From the NCBI GenBank assembly GCA_038087875.1, contig CM075995.1, positions 1,614,001 through 1,678,000 of the forward strand: 64,000 nt of DNA, written 5' to 3'. Positions 13,671 through 27,218 of this stretch are shown in pieces; position 1 is the first letter of the stretch; each line of letters opens with the position of its first letter. This stretch comes from Malacoraja senta. Its lineage: Eukaryota. Below the pieces are notes generated by a model that had not been told where the DNA came from, searched no databases, and saw nothing but the letters and a program-made list of their open reading frames with translations. The position numbers were made by a program, and so were the translations under genes.

Positions 13671-14701
13671 GGGGGCGGAGGAGGTGGGGGATGGGGCGCG
13701 GGGCTGGGGGGACATTTTATGTTTTATACAGGGACGATTGCTGGTGATGTGGCTATTAAAACCTTATCCATCCACATCCAAGCCTGTACCTTTCCATAAG
13801 TTCATCTTCATAAGTGATAGGAGAAGAATTAGGCCGTTCGGCCCATCACGTCTACCCCGCCATTCAATCATGGCTGACACCTCTAGTTTTTTCTACGAGA
13901 GTCAAGAATGTTTTATTGACATATGTCCCAGATAGAACCTGAAATTTTCATATCTCTAGATTCCCTCTCCCCCGACTCTCACTCTGAAGAAGGGTCTCGA
14001 CCCGAATCGCTGCTTAATACATTTCTCCGGTGATGCTGCATGACCCGAGTCCATGAGTTACTCCAGCGTTTTGAGTCCGTATCCAAGTTATATTGAGAAT
14101 GTACAATGTCTACAACTTAGTTTAGCTTCGAGATACAGCGCGGGAACAGGCCGTTCCGCCCACCGAGTCCACACCGACCAGCGATCCTCCACACACTAAC
14201 GCTATCCTACACACAAACGGTACAATTTACAATTATACCAAGCCAATTAACCCACAAACCCGTATGTCTTTGGAATGTGGGTGGAAACTGGAATCCTGCA
14301 CCAGCATTCCCAAGTCCCTTTGCACCTCCGATTTACGGATTCTCTCCCCATATAGAGAATAGTCTACGCCTTTATTCCTACGACCAAAATGCATGACTCC
14401 CCACTTCGTCACACGATATTCCATCTGCCACTTCTCTGCCCACTCTCCCAACCTGTCCACGTCCTTCTGCAGAGTCCCTGCTTTCTCTACACTACCTGCC
14501 CTCCCTCCTATTTTTATATCATCCGCAAACTTGGCCACAAGCCTTCAAGCGTCCAAATCATTAATATACAAAGTCAATGGAGTGATTAAAAATGGCAAGC
14601 ATCCTGAGAATCCAGGTGCAGTACTCAACCTTGCAAATAGAAATGCTTGGTGATCCACGAGCAAAGTCCAAATCAACAAACGGTCCCATTTTCATTTCCA
14701 G

Positions 14702-14806
14702 ATATCTGAACATTCCTGGCTGAGGAATGAAGACCAATGCAAGGAGTGCCAGCAGAACCTGAACACACTGGAGGCAAATCACCAGGGGCTGTTGAGCTCC
14801 CTACAG
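14702..14806 (+). CDS. Internal coding exon of an unidentified host gene (ISEHSWLRNEDQCKECQQNLNTLEANHQGLLSSLQ, coiled-coil-like)
   Basis: Acceptor CCCATTTTCATTTCCAG and consensus donor CAG|GTAAGC. Length is 105 bp (a multiple of 3, phase 0-0). Only frame 0 is stop-free. It lies in non-repetitive sequence. Confidence 0.72.
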
Positions 14807-14889
14807 GTAAGCTGGCATTGTCCCATCAGGAGGTCCAGAGACCAAAAGAAAAAGTAGTCTAGGCTTCCACCAACAGGATGCTCAGCATA

Positions 14890-15590
14890 GATACATAGAT
14901 ACATAGACAATAGGTGCAGGAGTAGGCCATCTGGCCCTTCGAGCCAGCACCACCATTCAATGTGATCATGGCTGATCATCCCCAATCAGTACCCCGTTCC
15001 TGCCTTCTCCCCATATCCCCTGACTCCGCCAGCCCTGAGAGCTCTATCTAACTCTCTTTTGAATGCATCCAGTGAGTCAGCCTCCACTGCCTTCTGAGGC
15101 AGAGAATTCCACAAATTCACAACTCTCTGTGTGAGTTTTTCCTCATCTCAGTTCTAAATGGCCTACCCCTTATTCTTAAACTGTGGCCCCTGGTTCTGGA
15201 CACCCCCAACATCGGGAACATGTTTCCTGCATCTAGCATGTCCAATCCCTTAATAATTTCCTATATTTCTATAAGATGCCCTCTCATCCTTCTCATCCTT
15301 CCAGTGAATACAAGCCCAGTCGCTCCATTCTTTCATCATATGACAGTCCCGCCATCCCGGGAATTAACCTGATGAACCTGCGCTGCACTCCCTCATTAGC
15401 AAGAATGTCCTTCCTCAAATTAGGGGACCAAAACTGCACACAATACTCCAGGTGTGGTCTCACCAGGGCCCTGTACAACTGCAGAAGGACCTCTTTGCTC
15501 CTACACTCAACTCCTCTCTTTATGAAGGCCAACATGCCATTAGGTTTCTTCACGGCCTGTTGTACCTGCATGCTTACTTTCAGCACTTGG
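14890..15590 (-). mobile_element. CR1 LINE 3' fragment
   Basis: ORF 15293-15586 ([19 protein letters not shown]) plus CR1 3' UTR and tail. Confidence 0.9.
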
Positions 15591-15864
15591 ATAGGTTCAT
15601 CATCGACTGAGCCTACAGATTCACGGGCACTGGCTGGCCGGCTAAAGGAACGGCAGAAGGGGCGGTGTGGTGGCGCACCGGGAGAGTTGCTGCATTACAG
15701 CGGCAGAGACCCGGGTTCTCAATTTTACTGAAGCCAATTAATCTGCAAAACTGCACACTCTTTGGAGTGCGGGAACACAACAAAGATCTCGGAGAAAACC
15801 CACGCAGGTCACGGGGAGAACGGCAAACTCCGTACAGACAGCACCCGTAGTCAGGATCGAACCT

Positions 15865-16995
15865 TAAAATTAGGGCACATGGTATTGAGGGGTAGAGTGC
15901 TGACATGGATAGAGATGTGGCTGGCAGACAGGAAACAAAGAGTAGGGATTAACGGGTCCCTTTCAGAATGGTAGGCAGTGACCAGTGGGGTACCGCAAGG
16001 CTCGGTGCTGGGACCGCAACTATTTACAATATACATCAATGATTTGGATGAAGGGATTCAAAGTAACATTAGCAAATTTGCAGATGATACAAAGCTGGGT
16101 GGCAGTGTGAACTGTGAGGAGGATGCTATGAGAATGCAGGGTGACTCGGACAGGTTGGGGGAGTGGGCAGATGCATGGCAGATGAAGTTTAATGCGGATA
16201 AATGTGAGGTTATCCACTTTGGTGTCAAAAACAGGAAGGCAGATTACTGTCTAAATGGCGTCAAGTTGGGAAAAGGGGAAGTACAACGGGATCTGGGGGT
16301 CCTCGTTCATCAGTCTATAAAAGTAAGCATGCAGGTACAGCAGGCAGTGAAGAAAGCGAATGGCATGTTGGCCTTTATAACAAGAGGAGTCGAGTATAGG
16401 AGCAAAGAGGTCCTTCTGCAGTTGTACAGGGCTCTAGTGAGACCACACCTGGAGTATTGTGTGCAGTTTTGGTCCCCTAATTTGAGGAAGGACATTCTTG
16501 CTATTGAGGGAGTGCAGCATAGGTTTACAAGGTTAATTCCCGGGATGGCGGGACTGTCATATGCTGAGAGAATGGAGCGGCTGGGCTTGTACACTATGGA
16601 GTTTAGAAGGATGAGAGGGCATCTTATTGAAACATATTAGATTGTTAAGGGTTTGGACACGCTAGAGGCAGGAAACATGTTTCCGATGTTGGGGGAGTCC
16701 AGAACCAGGGGCCACAGTTTAAGAATAAGGAGTAAGCCATTTAGAACGGAGACAAGGAAACACTTTTTCTCACAGAGAGTGGTGAGTCTGTGGAATTCTC
16801 TGCCTCAGAGGGCGGTGGAGGCCGGTTCTCTGGATACTTTCAAGAGAGAGCTAGATAGGGCTCTTAAGGATAGCGGAGTCAGTGGATATGGGGAGAAGGC
16901 AGGGACGGGGTACTGATTGGGGATGATCACATTGAATAACGGTGCTGGCTCGAAGGGCCGAATGACCTACTCCTGCACCTATTGTCTATTGTCTA
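15865..16995 (+). mobile_element. CR1 LINE, 5'-truncated (RT C-terminal half to 3' tail), premature stop at 16638-16640
   Basis: [53 protein letters not shown]; tail CTATTGTCTATTGT. Confidence 0.93.
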
Positions 16996-19900
16996 ACCCA
17001 GGTCTCTGACACTGTGAGGCAGCCCTGTTATAGTCATAGAACCATACCGCATTGAAACAGGCCCTTCGGCCCAACTTGCCCACACCGGCCAACATGTCCC
17101 AGCTACACTTGTCCCACCTGCCTGCGTTTGGCCCATATTCCTCCGAACCTGTCCTATCCATGTACCTGTCTAACTGTTTCTTAAACATTGGGGTAGTCCC
17201 AGCCTCAACTACTTCCTCTGGCAGCTTGTTCCATAAACCCACCACCCTTTGTGTGAAAAAGTTACCCCTCAGATTTCTTTTAAATTAGTTCCCCTTCACC
17301 TTGAACCTATGTTCTTTGGTCATCGGTTCACCAAATGTTCCAAGGGATTTGATTTTAGTGCAAAAACACCATGTTTAATTTTCATGGCACAATGTGAATT
17401 GGATATCTATATAGCTGGACTGAGCCAAGATGATTTTCATTTACATCCAGCTTCAGGTCCTTGTCAATGGTTCATGACTGTTTCTAACCAAACTGGCATC
17501 TTGCACAATAGAGGTGTAACACAGGGCCATCATTTCATTAAGGCGAGAAGATTACATTCCTGCATTTCACCCTTGCCTTTAGTGTCAGGGGTTAAGGGGA
17601 GAAGACAGGAGAATGGGGTTAGGAGGGAGAGATAGATCAGCCATGATTGAATGGTGGAGCGGTCTTGATGGGCCAAATGGCCTAATTCTGCTCCTATCAC
17701 TTATGACCTTTAGGATGTCTGGTCTTAGACTTAGACTTTAGAGATACAGCACAGAAAGAGGCCCTTCGGCCCACCGGGTCCGCGCCCTGCACTGGGCAAG
17801 AGACTCTGTGCGCCTACCCAATCTATTCCTCACATTGTTCCAGATTCCAACATCTGCAGTCTCATCTCCACTGAGAACAGCAATGGGAAATTAATTGCTG
17901 CAGTTGTGCTTTACTTCACCGTGGGACAGCCCTGAGGTACTGTAGAAACACGGGGCTTTCCACTTTCTGTACATATGTCAACTGTTCACAAGGTGGTCCA
18001 GGGAGTCATGGACAAGCAATGCTTCCACAAGAGAACTCTGGTGCCAGGGAGTTTGTTCCTCCACCCTTCCCACGACATTTATTTATCCCTGGAGAGAGAT
18101 TGGTCTGCCAACAGTCATACAACACAACAAGATATAAATGAAACATGAAATTAAAGGGAAGTCCAGGATTGGGGATGTGCAAGGATTGGGGAGTGGGGGG
18201 GGAGTCAGTCTACCCCACGACAGAAGGGGGAGGAGTTGTACAGTTTGACAGCCACAGGGAAGAAGGATCTCCTGTGGCGTTCTGTCCTGCATCTTGGTGG
18301 AACCAGTCTGTTGCTGAAGGTGCTCCTCAGGTTGACCAGTGCGTCATGGAAGGGGTGAGGTGCATTGTCCAGGACGCTCCGCTGTTTGCAGGAGCATCCT
18401 CCCCTCCAAGACCATCTCCAGTCAATCCAACTTTATTTTGGGCGGCACGGTGGCGCAGCGGTAGAGTTGCACCGGAGAACCGGGTCCGATCTTGACTACG
18501 GGTGCTGTCTGTACGGAGTTTGTGCGTTCTCCCCGTGACCTGCGTGGGTTTTCTCCGGGTGCTCCGGTTTCCTCCCACACTCCAAAGACGTACAGGTTTG
18601 TAGGTTAAATGGCTTCGGTAAAAATTGTACATTTCCCCTAGTGGGTAGGACAGTGATATTGTACGGGGATCGCTGTTCGGCGCGGACTCAGTTTGCGATG
18701 GAGTTTGAGTTTGAATTTAGTTCATTATCACGTGTACCGAGGTGAAAACCTTTTGTTGCGTGCTAACCAGTCAGCGGAAAGGCAATACATGATTACAGTC
18801 GAGCCATCCACAGTGTACAGATACAGGGATGAAGGGAATAACGTGAATAATATTCAGTGCAAGACAAAGCGGAAGGGCCTGTTTCCGCACTGAATCTCCG
18901 AACTGAGGCTAAACTAAACGACTTATTTTTTTTTCAAACAAGGTTCCAGGAATGAGATCAGACGTTATCGCCAGGCAGATTTGGCCCAGCAGATGTTTTT
19001 ATTTGTGACTGAGTTAATGTTTTATTTAGTTGAAATGTGCACAATTGTTGGGCTGAAGAAATATGGGGAGCGAGGCGTGAGTAATGTGGCTGCAATGTTC
19101 TCCAGGCTCCTGGATGATATCATAGACCCCAAGGACACAGCTCGAGTGACTGACGAATATAATCTATTCAACCCTAACCTGCACCCCCTCTGAGAAGTGA
19201 GTTATACACTTACTCACTGCGGTCTACATTGTTTTACTGAATGTCCCACATGATCGCTGAAAGAAAATGACCCAGTTTGTAACATCCTCAAAAACTAGTT
19301 TAGACGAGTTTAGATTCGAGGTACAGGCCCACCGAGTCCGCGCCGACCAGCGATCCCCGCACATTATCACTACCCTACACACACACACACACACTGGGGA
19401 AATTTTTTTACATTTATACCAAGCCAATTAACCTCCAAACCTGTATGTCTTTGGAGTGTGGGAGGAAACCAGAACGCCCGGAGAAAACCCACGCAGGTCC
19501 CGGGAGGGAACGTACAAACTTCGTACAGATAAGCAACTGTAGTCAGGATCGAACCGGGGTCACTGGCGCTGTGAGGCAGCAACTGAACCAGCAAACATAG
19601 GCATAAGGTGGGAAGGAAAAGATTTAATAGGGACTTGAGGGGCAACTTTTTCATTCAGAGGATGATGGGTATATGGAATGAGCTGCCAGAGGAGGTAGTT
19701 GAGGCAGACACTATAACAGCATTTCAAAGACTGGGGGAGTTAACATGGATAGGAAAGGTAGAGAGGGATATGGGCCAAACATAGGAAAATGGGACTATCT
19801 AGATGCAACGTGATCGACATGGACGGGTTGGATCAGTGGGTGTGTTTACTTGCTGTACGACTGATTAAGCATCTGAGACGTACAGAATGACAACCACCAG

Positions 19901-21904
19901 CGACTTTTGCGAACAAAGATGTTCTGTTTAAAAGATGGTGATGTGGAATTATCTAGCATAAGGTAACTTTAACCGGTATTAAACACTTGTGAACTTGGTG
20001 GCCACCAAAACCCCAAAGGCGAATTTTGAGGACATCTTGTCCATTGCCAAATTGTTAGACGGGCATGTGTTCATCATATCCATCATCCCAGTGTGCATTT
20101 TCCAGGTTTCCGATTGGTTTCTCCATATGGCAGATAGAATCACAGTCAAACAGCATGAAAACAGGCCATTCGGCCCAGCTCATCCATGCCGACCAAGGTG
20201 TTCCATCTAAGCTAGTAAAATCAGCCCGATTGGTTCGGCCCATATCCCTTCTGCCCACGTATCTGTCCAAGTGTCTTTCCAGAACCAGGGGCAACAGTCT
20301 TGGAATAAAGGGGAGGCCATTTAAGACTGAGGTGAGAAAAAACTTTTTCACCCAGAGAGTTGTGAATTTGTGGAATTCCCTGCCACAGAGGGCAGTGGAG
20401 GCCAAATCACTGGATGAATTTAAGAGAGAGTTAGATAGAGCTCTCGGGGCTGGTGGAATCAAGGGTTATGGGGAGAAGGCAGGCACGGGTTATTGATTGG
20501 GGACGATCAGCCATGATCACAATGAATGGCGGTGCTGGCTCGAAGGGCCGAATGGCCTCCTCCTACACCTATTTTCTATGTTTCTATGGTTCTATAGAGT
20601 TATGAGACTTCAAGAAATGTTATGTTCTGTCGAAGTCTGAAGAAGGGTCTCAAACAGGAGAATGGAGTTAGGAGGGAGGGATCGATCAGCCATGATTGAA
20701 TGGCGGAGTAGACTTGAAGAGCCGAATGGCCTAATTCTGCTCCTGTCAAGTATGAACTTAAAACGAAAAGTCACCCATCCATGTTCTCCAGGGATGCTGC
20801 GACACCTGCTGAGTTACTCAAGCACTTTGTGTCTTGTTTTGTACTGCTGACATTACTGGGAATGCTGCATTTAATGCCCTTTTTTGCTTGCCTTTTGGTT
20901 GAGTTTTCTTGGTACCATCGATGTGTCGCCAGAGATGTGAGCTGCTGCCTCTGCCTAAATGTAGAGGATTTAAAAAATAAAAGTTTAGTTTAGTTTGGTT
21001 TAGTTCAGAGATACAGCGCGGAAACAGGCCCTTCGGCCCACCGGGTCCGCGCCGACCAGCGATCCCCCGCGCATCAATACTGTACTGCACACACCAGGGA
21101 CAATTTGCACATGTACCTCGCCAATTAACCTGCACGTCTTCGGAGTGCGGGAGGAAACCGAAGTTCTCGGAGGAAACCCATGCAGGTCACGGGGAGAAGG
21201 TGCAAACTCCGCACAGACAGCACCCGTAGTCAGGATCGAACCCGGGTCTCCGGCGATGCAAGCGCTGTAATGCAGCAACATTACCGCTGCGCCACTGTGC
21301 TGCCCATTTGCCGATAGTGAAATTAAACTAGCCTGCATTTTACTTGACATATTACTTTTTTTACCTATAATATGGAGAACATTTCCACATCAACTGTTCC
21401 AGTGAATAGTGCTGTGCTCATTGATCAGAGATTAGTTAATACTGCAGTGCATTGAACAGAACTAAGCCTACATGCATGAAGAGATAACAGAGGCGGTGAC
21501 ATACTGGGCACGTATTTTAATTACACTTTTTACTTGCCCTTTCTCACTCTAATATTAAGTGTTTTGGCATCATCTTATAACAATCTGTACATAGAACTAT
21601 CAATGTTCCGCTAGCAGTTTAGTTTAGTTCAGAGATACAGCGTGGAAACAGGCCCTTCGGCCCACCGAGTCCGCGCCGACCAGCGATCCCCGCACATTAA
21701 CACGATCCTACGCACACTAGGGACAATTTACAAACCTGTACGTCTTTGGAGTGTGGGAGTAAACCGAAGATTTCAGAGAAAACCCACGCAGGTCATGGGG
21801 AGAACGTACAAACTCCGTACCGACAGCACCCGTGGTAAGGATCGAAGCCGGGTCTCTGGCGCTGTAAAGGCAGCAGCTCTACCGATGCGCCACCGTGCCG
21901 CCCT

Positions 21905-22410
21905 TTGATTTTATCGGGATGCATCGCGGCATGGTTTGGGAACAGCTCCTTCCAAGACCGCAATAGGCTGCAGAGAACTGTGGACGCAGCCCAGACCATC
22001 ACACAAACCAACCTCCCTACCATTGACTCCATCTACACCTCACGCTGCCTCGGCAAGGCCGGCAGCATAATCAAGGACCAGTCTCACCCCGGTCGCTCCC
22101 TCTTCTCCCCTCTCCCATCGGGCAAGAGGTACAGACGTGTGAAAACGCACACCTCCAGATTCGGGGACAGTTTCTTCCCAGCTGTTATCAGGCAACTGAA
22201 CCATCCTATTAACAACTAGAGAGCAGTCCTGAACTACTATCCACCTCATTGAAGACCCTCGGACAATCTTTAATCTGACTTTATTAGACTTTATCTTGAA
22301 CTTAACATTATTTCCTTTATCATGTACGTGGACAGCTCGATTGCAATCAAGTGTAGCCTTTCTGCTGACTGATTGGCACGCAACAAAAACGTGACAACAA
22401 ACTAAACTTG
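21905..22410 (+). mobile_element. Rex1/Babar 3' fragment
   Basis: ORF 21905-22219 (ILSGCIAAWFGN...LPSGKRYR...DSFFPAVIRQLN) plus 3' UTR. Confidence 0.85.
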
Positions 22411-22462
22411 CCAAATGAAATATTGATTGCACAAATTACGACCAAATTATAATTCTTATTTT

Positions 22463-23472
22463 TTTTTTTTTTTTAATTTTTTATTTTTTAATTTTTTTTA
22501 TTAGAAGTATTTTACATTACAGTTATCTGCAATAACATAACATAATTTTATACAATTCTTGTACCACTTCTGTTTTTCAACTTTAATAGAAAAAAGGATA
22601 GAAAGAGCTAGCAAAGACAGTCAGTGAGTGAATGAAAAAGTGGTCCAGGAACACTCTTGTGAACCTAAACCACAAGAAGTAGTTAAAGAAGAAAAGAAAA
22701 AAAAGAGAAAAAATAAAATAAGATAGGACAATATGAAAGGGATGTACCTACTTCTTATCTTTACTCACCCCTCGCCAGGTCCTGAAACCATTTATTATCA
22801 ACATTTTGTTGCACCCTATGTTTGTAATAAGTCGATATATGGAGACCAAATCTTTGGAATTGGTCTTGTTTACCTGCTAGGAGGAATCTCATATCTTCTA
22901 AATGTAACAATTCCGACATATTAGAAGTCCACATTTTTATTGTTGGCGAAGGAGCATTTTTCCAAAATTTCAATATCAGTTTTTTTGCCGTTAATAAACC
23001 ATAACTAAGAAAACTCCTTTGAAACGCAGTCAGCTCCAAACTTGCTTCTGTTGTTCCAAAAATAATCAGTTCTGCATTCGGTTTCAATTTTATTTTAAAT
23101 AATTTAGAGAAAATTTCAAAAATGTCATTCCAAAATTTTTGAATTTTTATACAAAAGACAAAAGAATGTGCTATAGTTGATTCTTGGACTAGGCATTTAT
23201 CACAGTTAGCAGAGGTATTAGGGTAAAATTTACTTAATTTAGCTTTTGAATAATATAATCTATGTAAAATTTTAAATTGAATCAGAGTATGTCTTACGTT
23301 AATCGAACATTTATGCACATATAATAGATGTCTATCCCAACTCTCTTTCGAGATTTTTATAGCTAGTTCCTGTTCCCATTCTCTTCTAATCCCGTCCGAT
23401 GCTGGAATTTCTATGTTTAAAATGGAGTTATACAAGTATGATATTAAATTAGCTGATTCCGCTTTATTTAGC
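22463..23472 (-). mobile_element. L1/Tx1-clade LINE 3' fragment with poly(A) tail and 13-bp TSD
   Basis: ORF 22761-23435 has the L1 ORF2 C-terminus (QFKILHRLY, CDKC...H...C..I.KFW, AKKLILKFWK). A T-tract lies at 22460-22500. TAATTCTTATTTT is duplicated at 22450-22462 and 23473-23485. Confidence 0.9.
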
Positions 23473-26299
23473 TAATTCTTATTTTCCATTGCCCAATGAC
23501 TACACACAGTGCAGCCTGCCAGCTCCCAGAGTCAAAGCTAGATACATAATTGAGCAGTGTTGGAAGGAACTGCAGATGCTGGTTTACACCAAAAATGCTG
23601 GAGTAACTCAGCGGGACAGTTAGCATCTCTGGAGTCAATAGACAATAGACAATAGACAATAGGTGCAGGAGTAGGCCATTCGGCCCTTCGAGCCTGCACC
23701 GCCATTCAATGTGATCATGGCTGATCATCCCCAATCAGTACCCCGTTCCTTCCTGCCTTCTCCCCATATCCCCTGACTCCGCTATTTTTAAGAGCCCTAT
23801 CTAGCTCTCTCTTGAAAGTATCCAGAGAACCTGCCTGAGGCGGAGGACGGTGGAGGCCTTCAGACTCGACCCGAAACGTCACCCATTCCATCTCTCCAGA
23901 GATGCTGCCTGTCCCGCTGAGTTACTCCAGCTTTTTATGTCTATCCAAGGTCAGGAAGGAACCCTGAGGCAGCGAGGAAGCAATTCTGCATCACTACGCC
24001 ACTATTCTTGGCTTTCCATGTATTATTTCCTTAGTTGGGAACAATCAACTATGAAATCAAATTATCGACTGGAAAAGTTCGGGATGATGGATGTGCAAAT
24101 CTCTCGATCGCTGGAGAAAAGGAATTGGTGATGTTTCGGGTCGAGACCATTCTTCAGACTGAGAGTCAGGGGAGAGGCAGAAATGGAGCGGGTTCGGGAA
24201 CAAAGAGCTTCATTCAACATTCGTGAGGGGTTTGCCAGAGGACTGACTCACAGGACACCACTATAGCGGGGGGGGGGGGGGGGGGGGAGGATTCTTGCAA
24301 AGGTGATAGGACATGAGTATGTTTCAACCTTAAGAGTCATAGAGTCACAGAGTGATACAGTGTTTGGAACAGGCCCTTCGGCCCAACTTGGCCACACCGG
24401 CCAACATGTCAATAGACAATAGACAATAGTGCAGGAGTAGGCCATTCAGCCCTTCAAACCAGCACCGCCATTCAATGTGATCATGGCTGATCATCCCAGC
24501 TACACTAGTCCCACCTGCCTGCGTTTGGTCCATATCCCTCCAAACCTATCCTATCCATGTACCTCCAAATGTTTCTTAAGCATTGCAATAGTACCTACCT
24601 CAATTGCCTCCTCTGGCAGCTCGTTCCATACACCCACTACCCTTTGTGTGAAAATGTTACCCTCATATTCCTATTAAATCTTTTCCCCTTCACTTTAAAC
24701 CTATGTCCTCTGGTCCTCGATTCCCCCACTCTGGGCTAGAGACTCTGTGCATCTAAACCTTCTGACATCAATTTATGTGCAGAAATGTCTAGCTAACAAA
24801 CGCTCCATTGAATCTATACTCTCTGGGTTTTAGTGTGTAGGAAACACAGTGGTATGAAAAGTTGCCAGGACTAGAGGGTCTGAGCTACTAGGAGATGTTG
24901 AGCAGACAGGGACTCTATCCTTGGAGCGCAGGAGGATTAGGGGTGGTCTTTTCGAGGTGTACAAAATCATCAGTGGAATAGATCGGGTAGACGCACAGAG
25001 TCTCTTGCCCAGAGGCGGGGTATCGCACTGTATCTCTAAACAAATTTAAACTAAACTAAACTACTATGGACTTCTAACCACAGACTTCAGTTTTTTTTAG
25101 TCTTATGTTTAAGAAGGAATGGCAGATGCTGCTTTAAACTGAAGATAGACTCAAAAAGCTGGTGTAACTTAGCGGGACAGACAGCATCTCTGGAGAGAAG
25201 GAATGGGTGACGTTTCTGGGTCAAGACCCTTCTTCAGCCAGATAGATAGATTATTAATAAGTCGTGTGTCAGGGGTTATGGGGAGAAGGCAGGAGAATGG
25301 GGTTAGGGGGAGAGATAGGTCAGTCACGATTGAATGGCGGAGTAGACTTGTTGGGCCGAATGGCCTAATTCTGCTCCTATCACTTCTGATCTTACTTACG
25401 TATGATCTAACTATTTCATGGCGGACACAAGGAATTGCAGATGCAGGAATCTTGAGTAGAACACAAAGTGCTGGAGTAACACAGCAGTTCAGGCCGCATC
25501 TCTGGAGAACATAGAATAGGCCACGTTTCAGGTTAGGACCCTTATTAATGCAGAAAGAAAGAATTGCAGATGCTGGTTTATACCAAAGATAGACACAAAG
25601 TGCTGGAATTACTCAGCGGGTCAGGCAGCATCTCTGGAGAAAAACGATGGGTGAAGCTTCGGGTCAGGACATGGTCCAAAGAAGGGTTCCGACCCGAAAC
25701 GTCACCTGTCCTTTTTCTCCAGAGATGCTGGCTGAACCGTTAAGTTACTCCAGCACTTTGTGTCTATGTTTGGAATCATTCCTCAGTCTGATTGTAGGAG
25801 GATGAGAAGGCTGGAATAGAGGTGGGGGCTGGAAAAAGATTGGCAAGTGATAGGTGGGTGCAGGTGAGGGAGGTGGGCGGGGGGGGGGGGGTTAGATTGG
25901 CAGATGGTTGGACAGAGGCTAGAGATGAAAAGGGGGCAAGAGGGTGAGAAATGGGAGGAAAGGAGACAAAGCAACTCAAGGGTCCTAATCTGAAATGCCA
26001 CCTATCATGTCCTCCAGAGAGGCTGCCTGACCTGCTGAGTAACTCCAGCACTTTGCGTTGCAAAAATGTGATTGCTCCATTGGATTGTTAGCCCATTGTC
26101 ACGTGTACCGAGGTACAGTGAAAAGCATTTTTGTTGCGGCTAACGCAGTCAGAGAAGAAGGGTCTCCACCCGAAACGTCACCCATTCCTTCTCTCCAGAG
26201 ATGCTGCCCGATCCGCTGAGTTACTCCAGCTTTTTGTGTCTATCTTCAGAGAAAATACTATACATGATTACAATCATGCCCTCCGCAGTGTACAGATAC

Positions 26300-26885
26300 A
26301 GACAATAGACAATAGGTGCAGGAGTAGGCCATTCGGCCCTTCAATCCAGCACCGTCATTCACTGTGATCATGGCTGGTCATCCCCAATCAGTGCCCCGTG
26401 CCTGCCTTCTCCCTAAGTCCCCTGACTCCGCTATGTTTAAGAGCTCTATCTAACTCTCTCTTGAAAGCATCCAGAGAATTATTGGCCTCCACTGCCTTCT
26501 GAGGCAGAGAATTCCACAGATTCACAACCCTCTGTGTGAAAAAGATTTTCCTCATCTCCGTTCTAAATGGCTTACCCCTTATTCTTAAACCGTGGCACCT
26601 GGTTCTGGACACCCCCAACATCGGGAACATGTTTCCTGCCTCCAGCGTGTCCAAACCCTTAATAATCTTATATGTTTCAATGATCCCCTCTCATCCTTCT
26701 AAATTCCAGAGTGTACAAGCCCAGCCGCTCCATTCTCTCAGCATATGTCAGTCCCACCACCCCGGGAGTGAACCAACTCCCTCAATAGCAAGAATGTCCT
26801 TCCTCAAATTTGGAGACCAAAACTGCACACAATACTCCAGGTGTGGTCTCACTAGGGCCCTGTACAACTGCAGAAGGACCTCTTT
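26300..26885 (-). mobile_element. CR1 LINE 3' fragment
   Basis: ORF 26388-26654 is the CR1 C-terminus; (ACAATAG)n tail. Confidence 0.88.
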
Positions 26886-27218
26886 ACAGCATCAAGGGAA
26901 TAACGGTTAGCGCAGTTAGAGGACGAAATTCTGCTGGTGGGGCAGTTGAAATGATTGGAGCGATTGTAATGAGTGATTGCAGATCCACTTCTGGGACCAG
27001 CACGCAGACAGTCGCCTGGCTCTGGAGCCATCTTACCAGTGCATATGCCCATGAATGAACGATGCTTTATCACCACATGTGACAAGCCGCAGTGATATTC
27101 TTTGTTCTGCCTCCCCAAGGTATGCAAAGAGTCGCTACATAAAGGGCGCCGACAGAGTTACAAAGTATTCCGTTTTACACAAACCATTTTTAATACATTC
27201 CATTTGTGGTCCCCCTTA

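Noticed and set aside
14561..14782. Minus-strand 73-aa ORF with a hydrophobic stretch
   Set aside because: Antisense shadow of the + strand exon, and it runs into a CR1 fragment.
19935..19962. Possible 28-bp micro-exon (AG|ATGGTG...ATAAG|GTAACT)
   Set aside because: Weak polypyrimidine tract, and its open frame is not phase-compatible with the 14702-14806 exon. Not supportable without RNA data.
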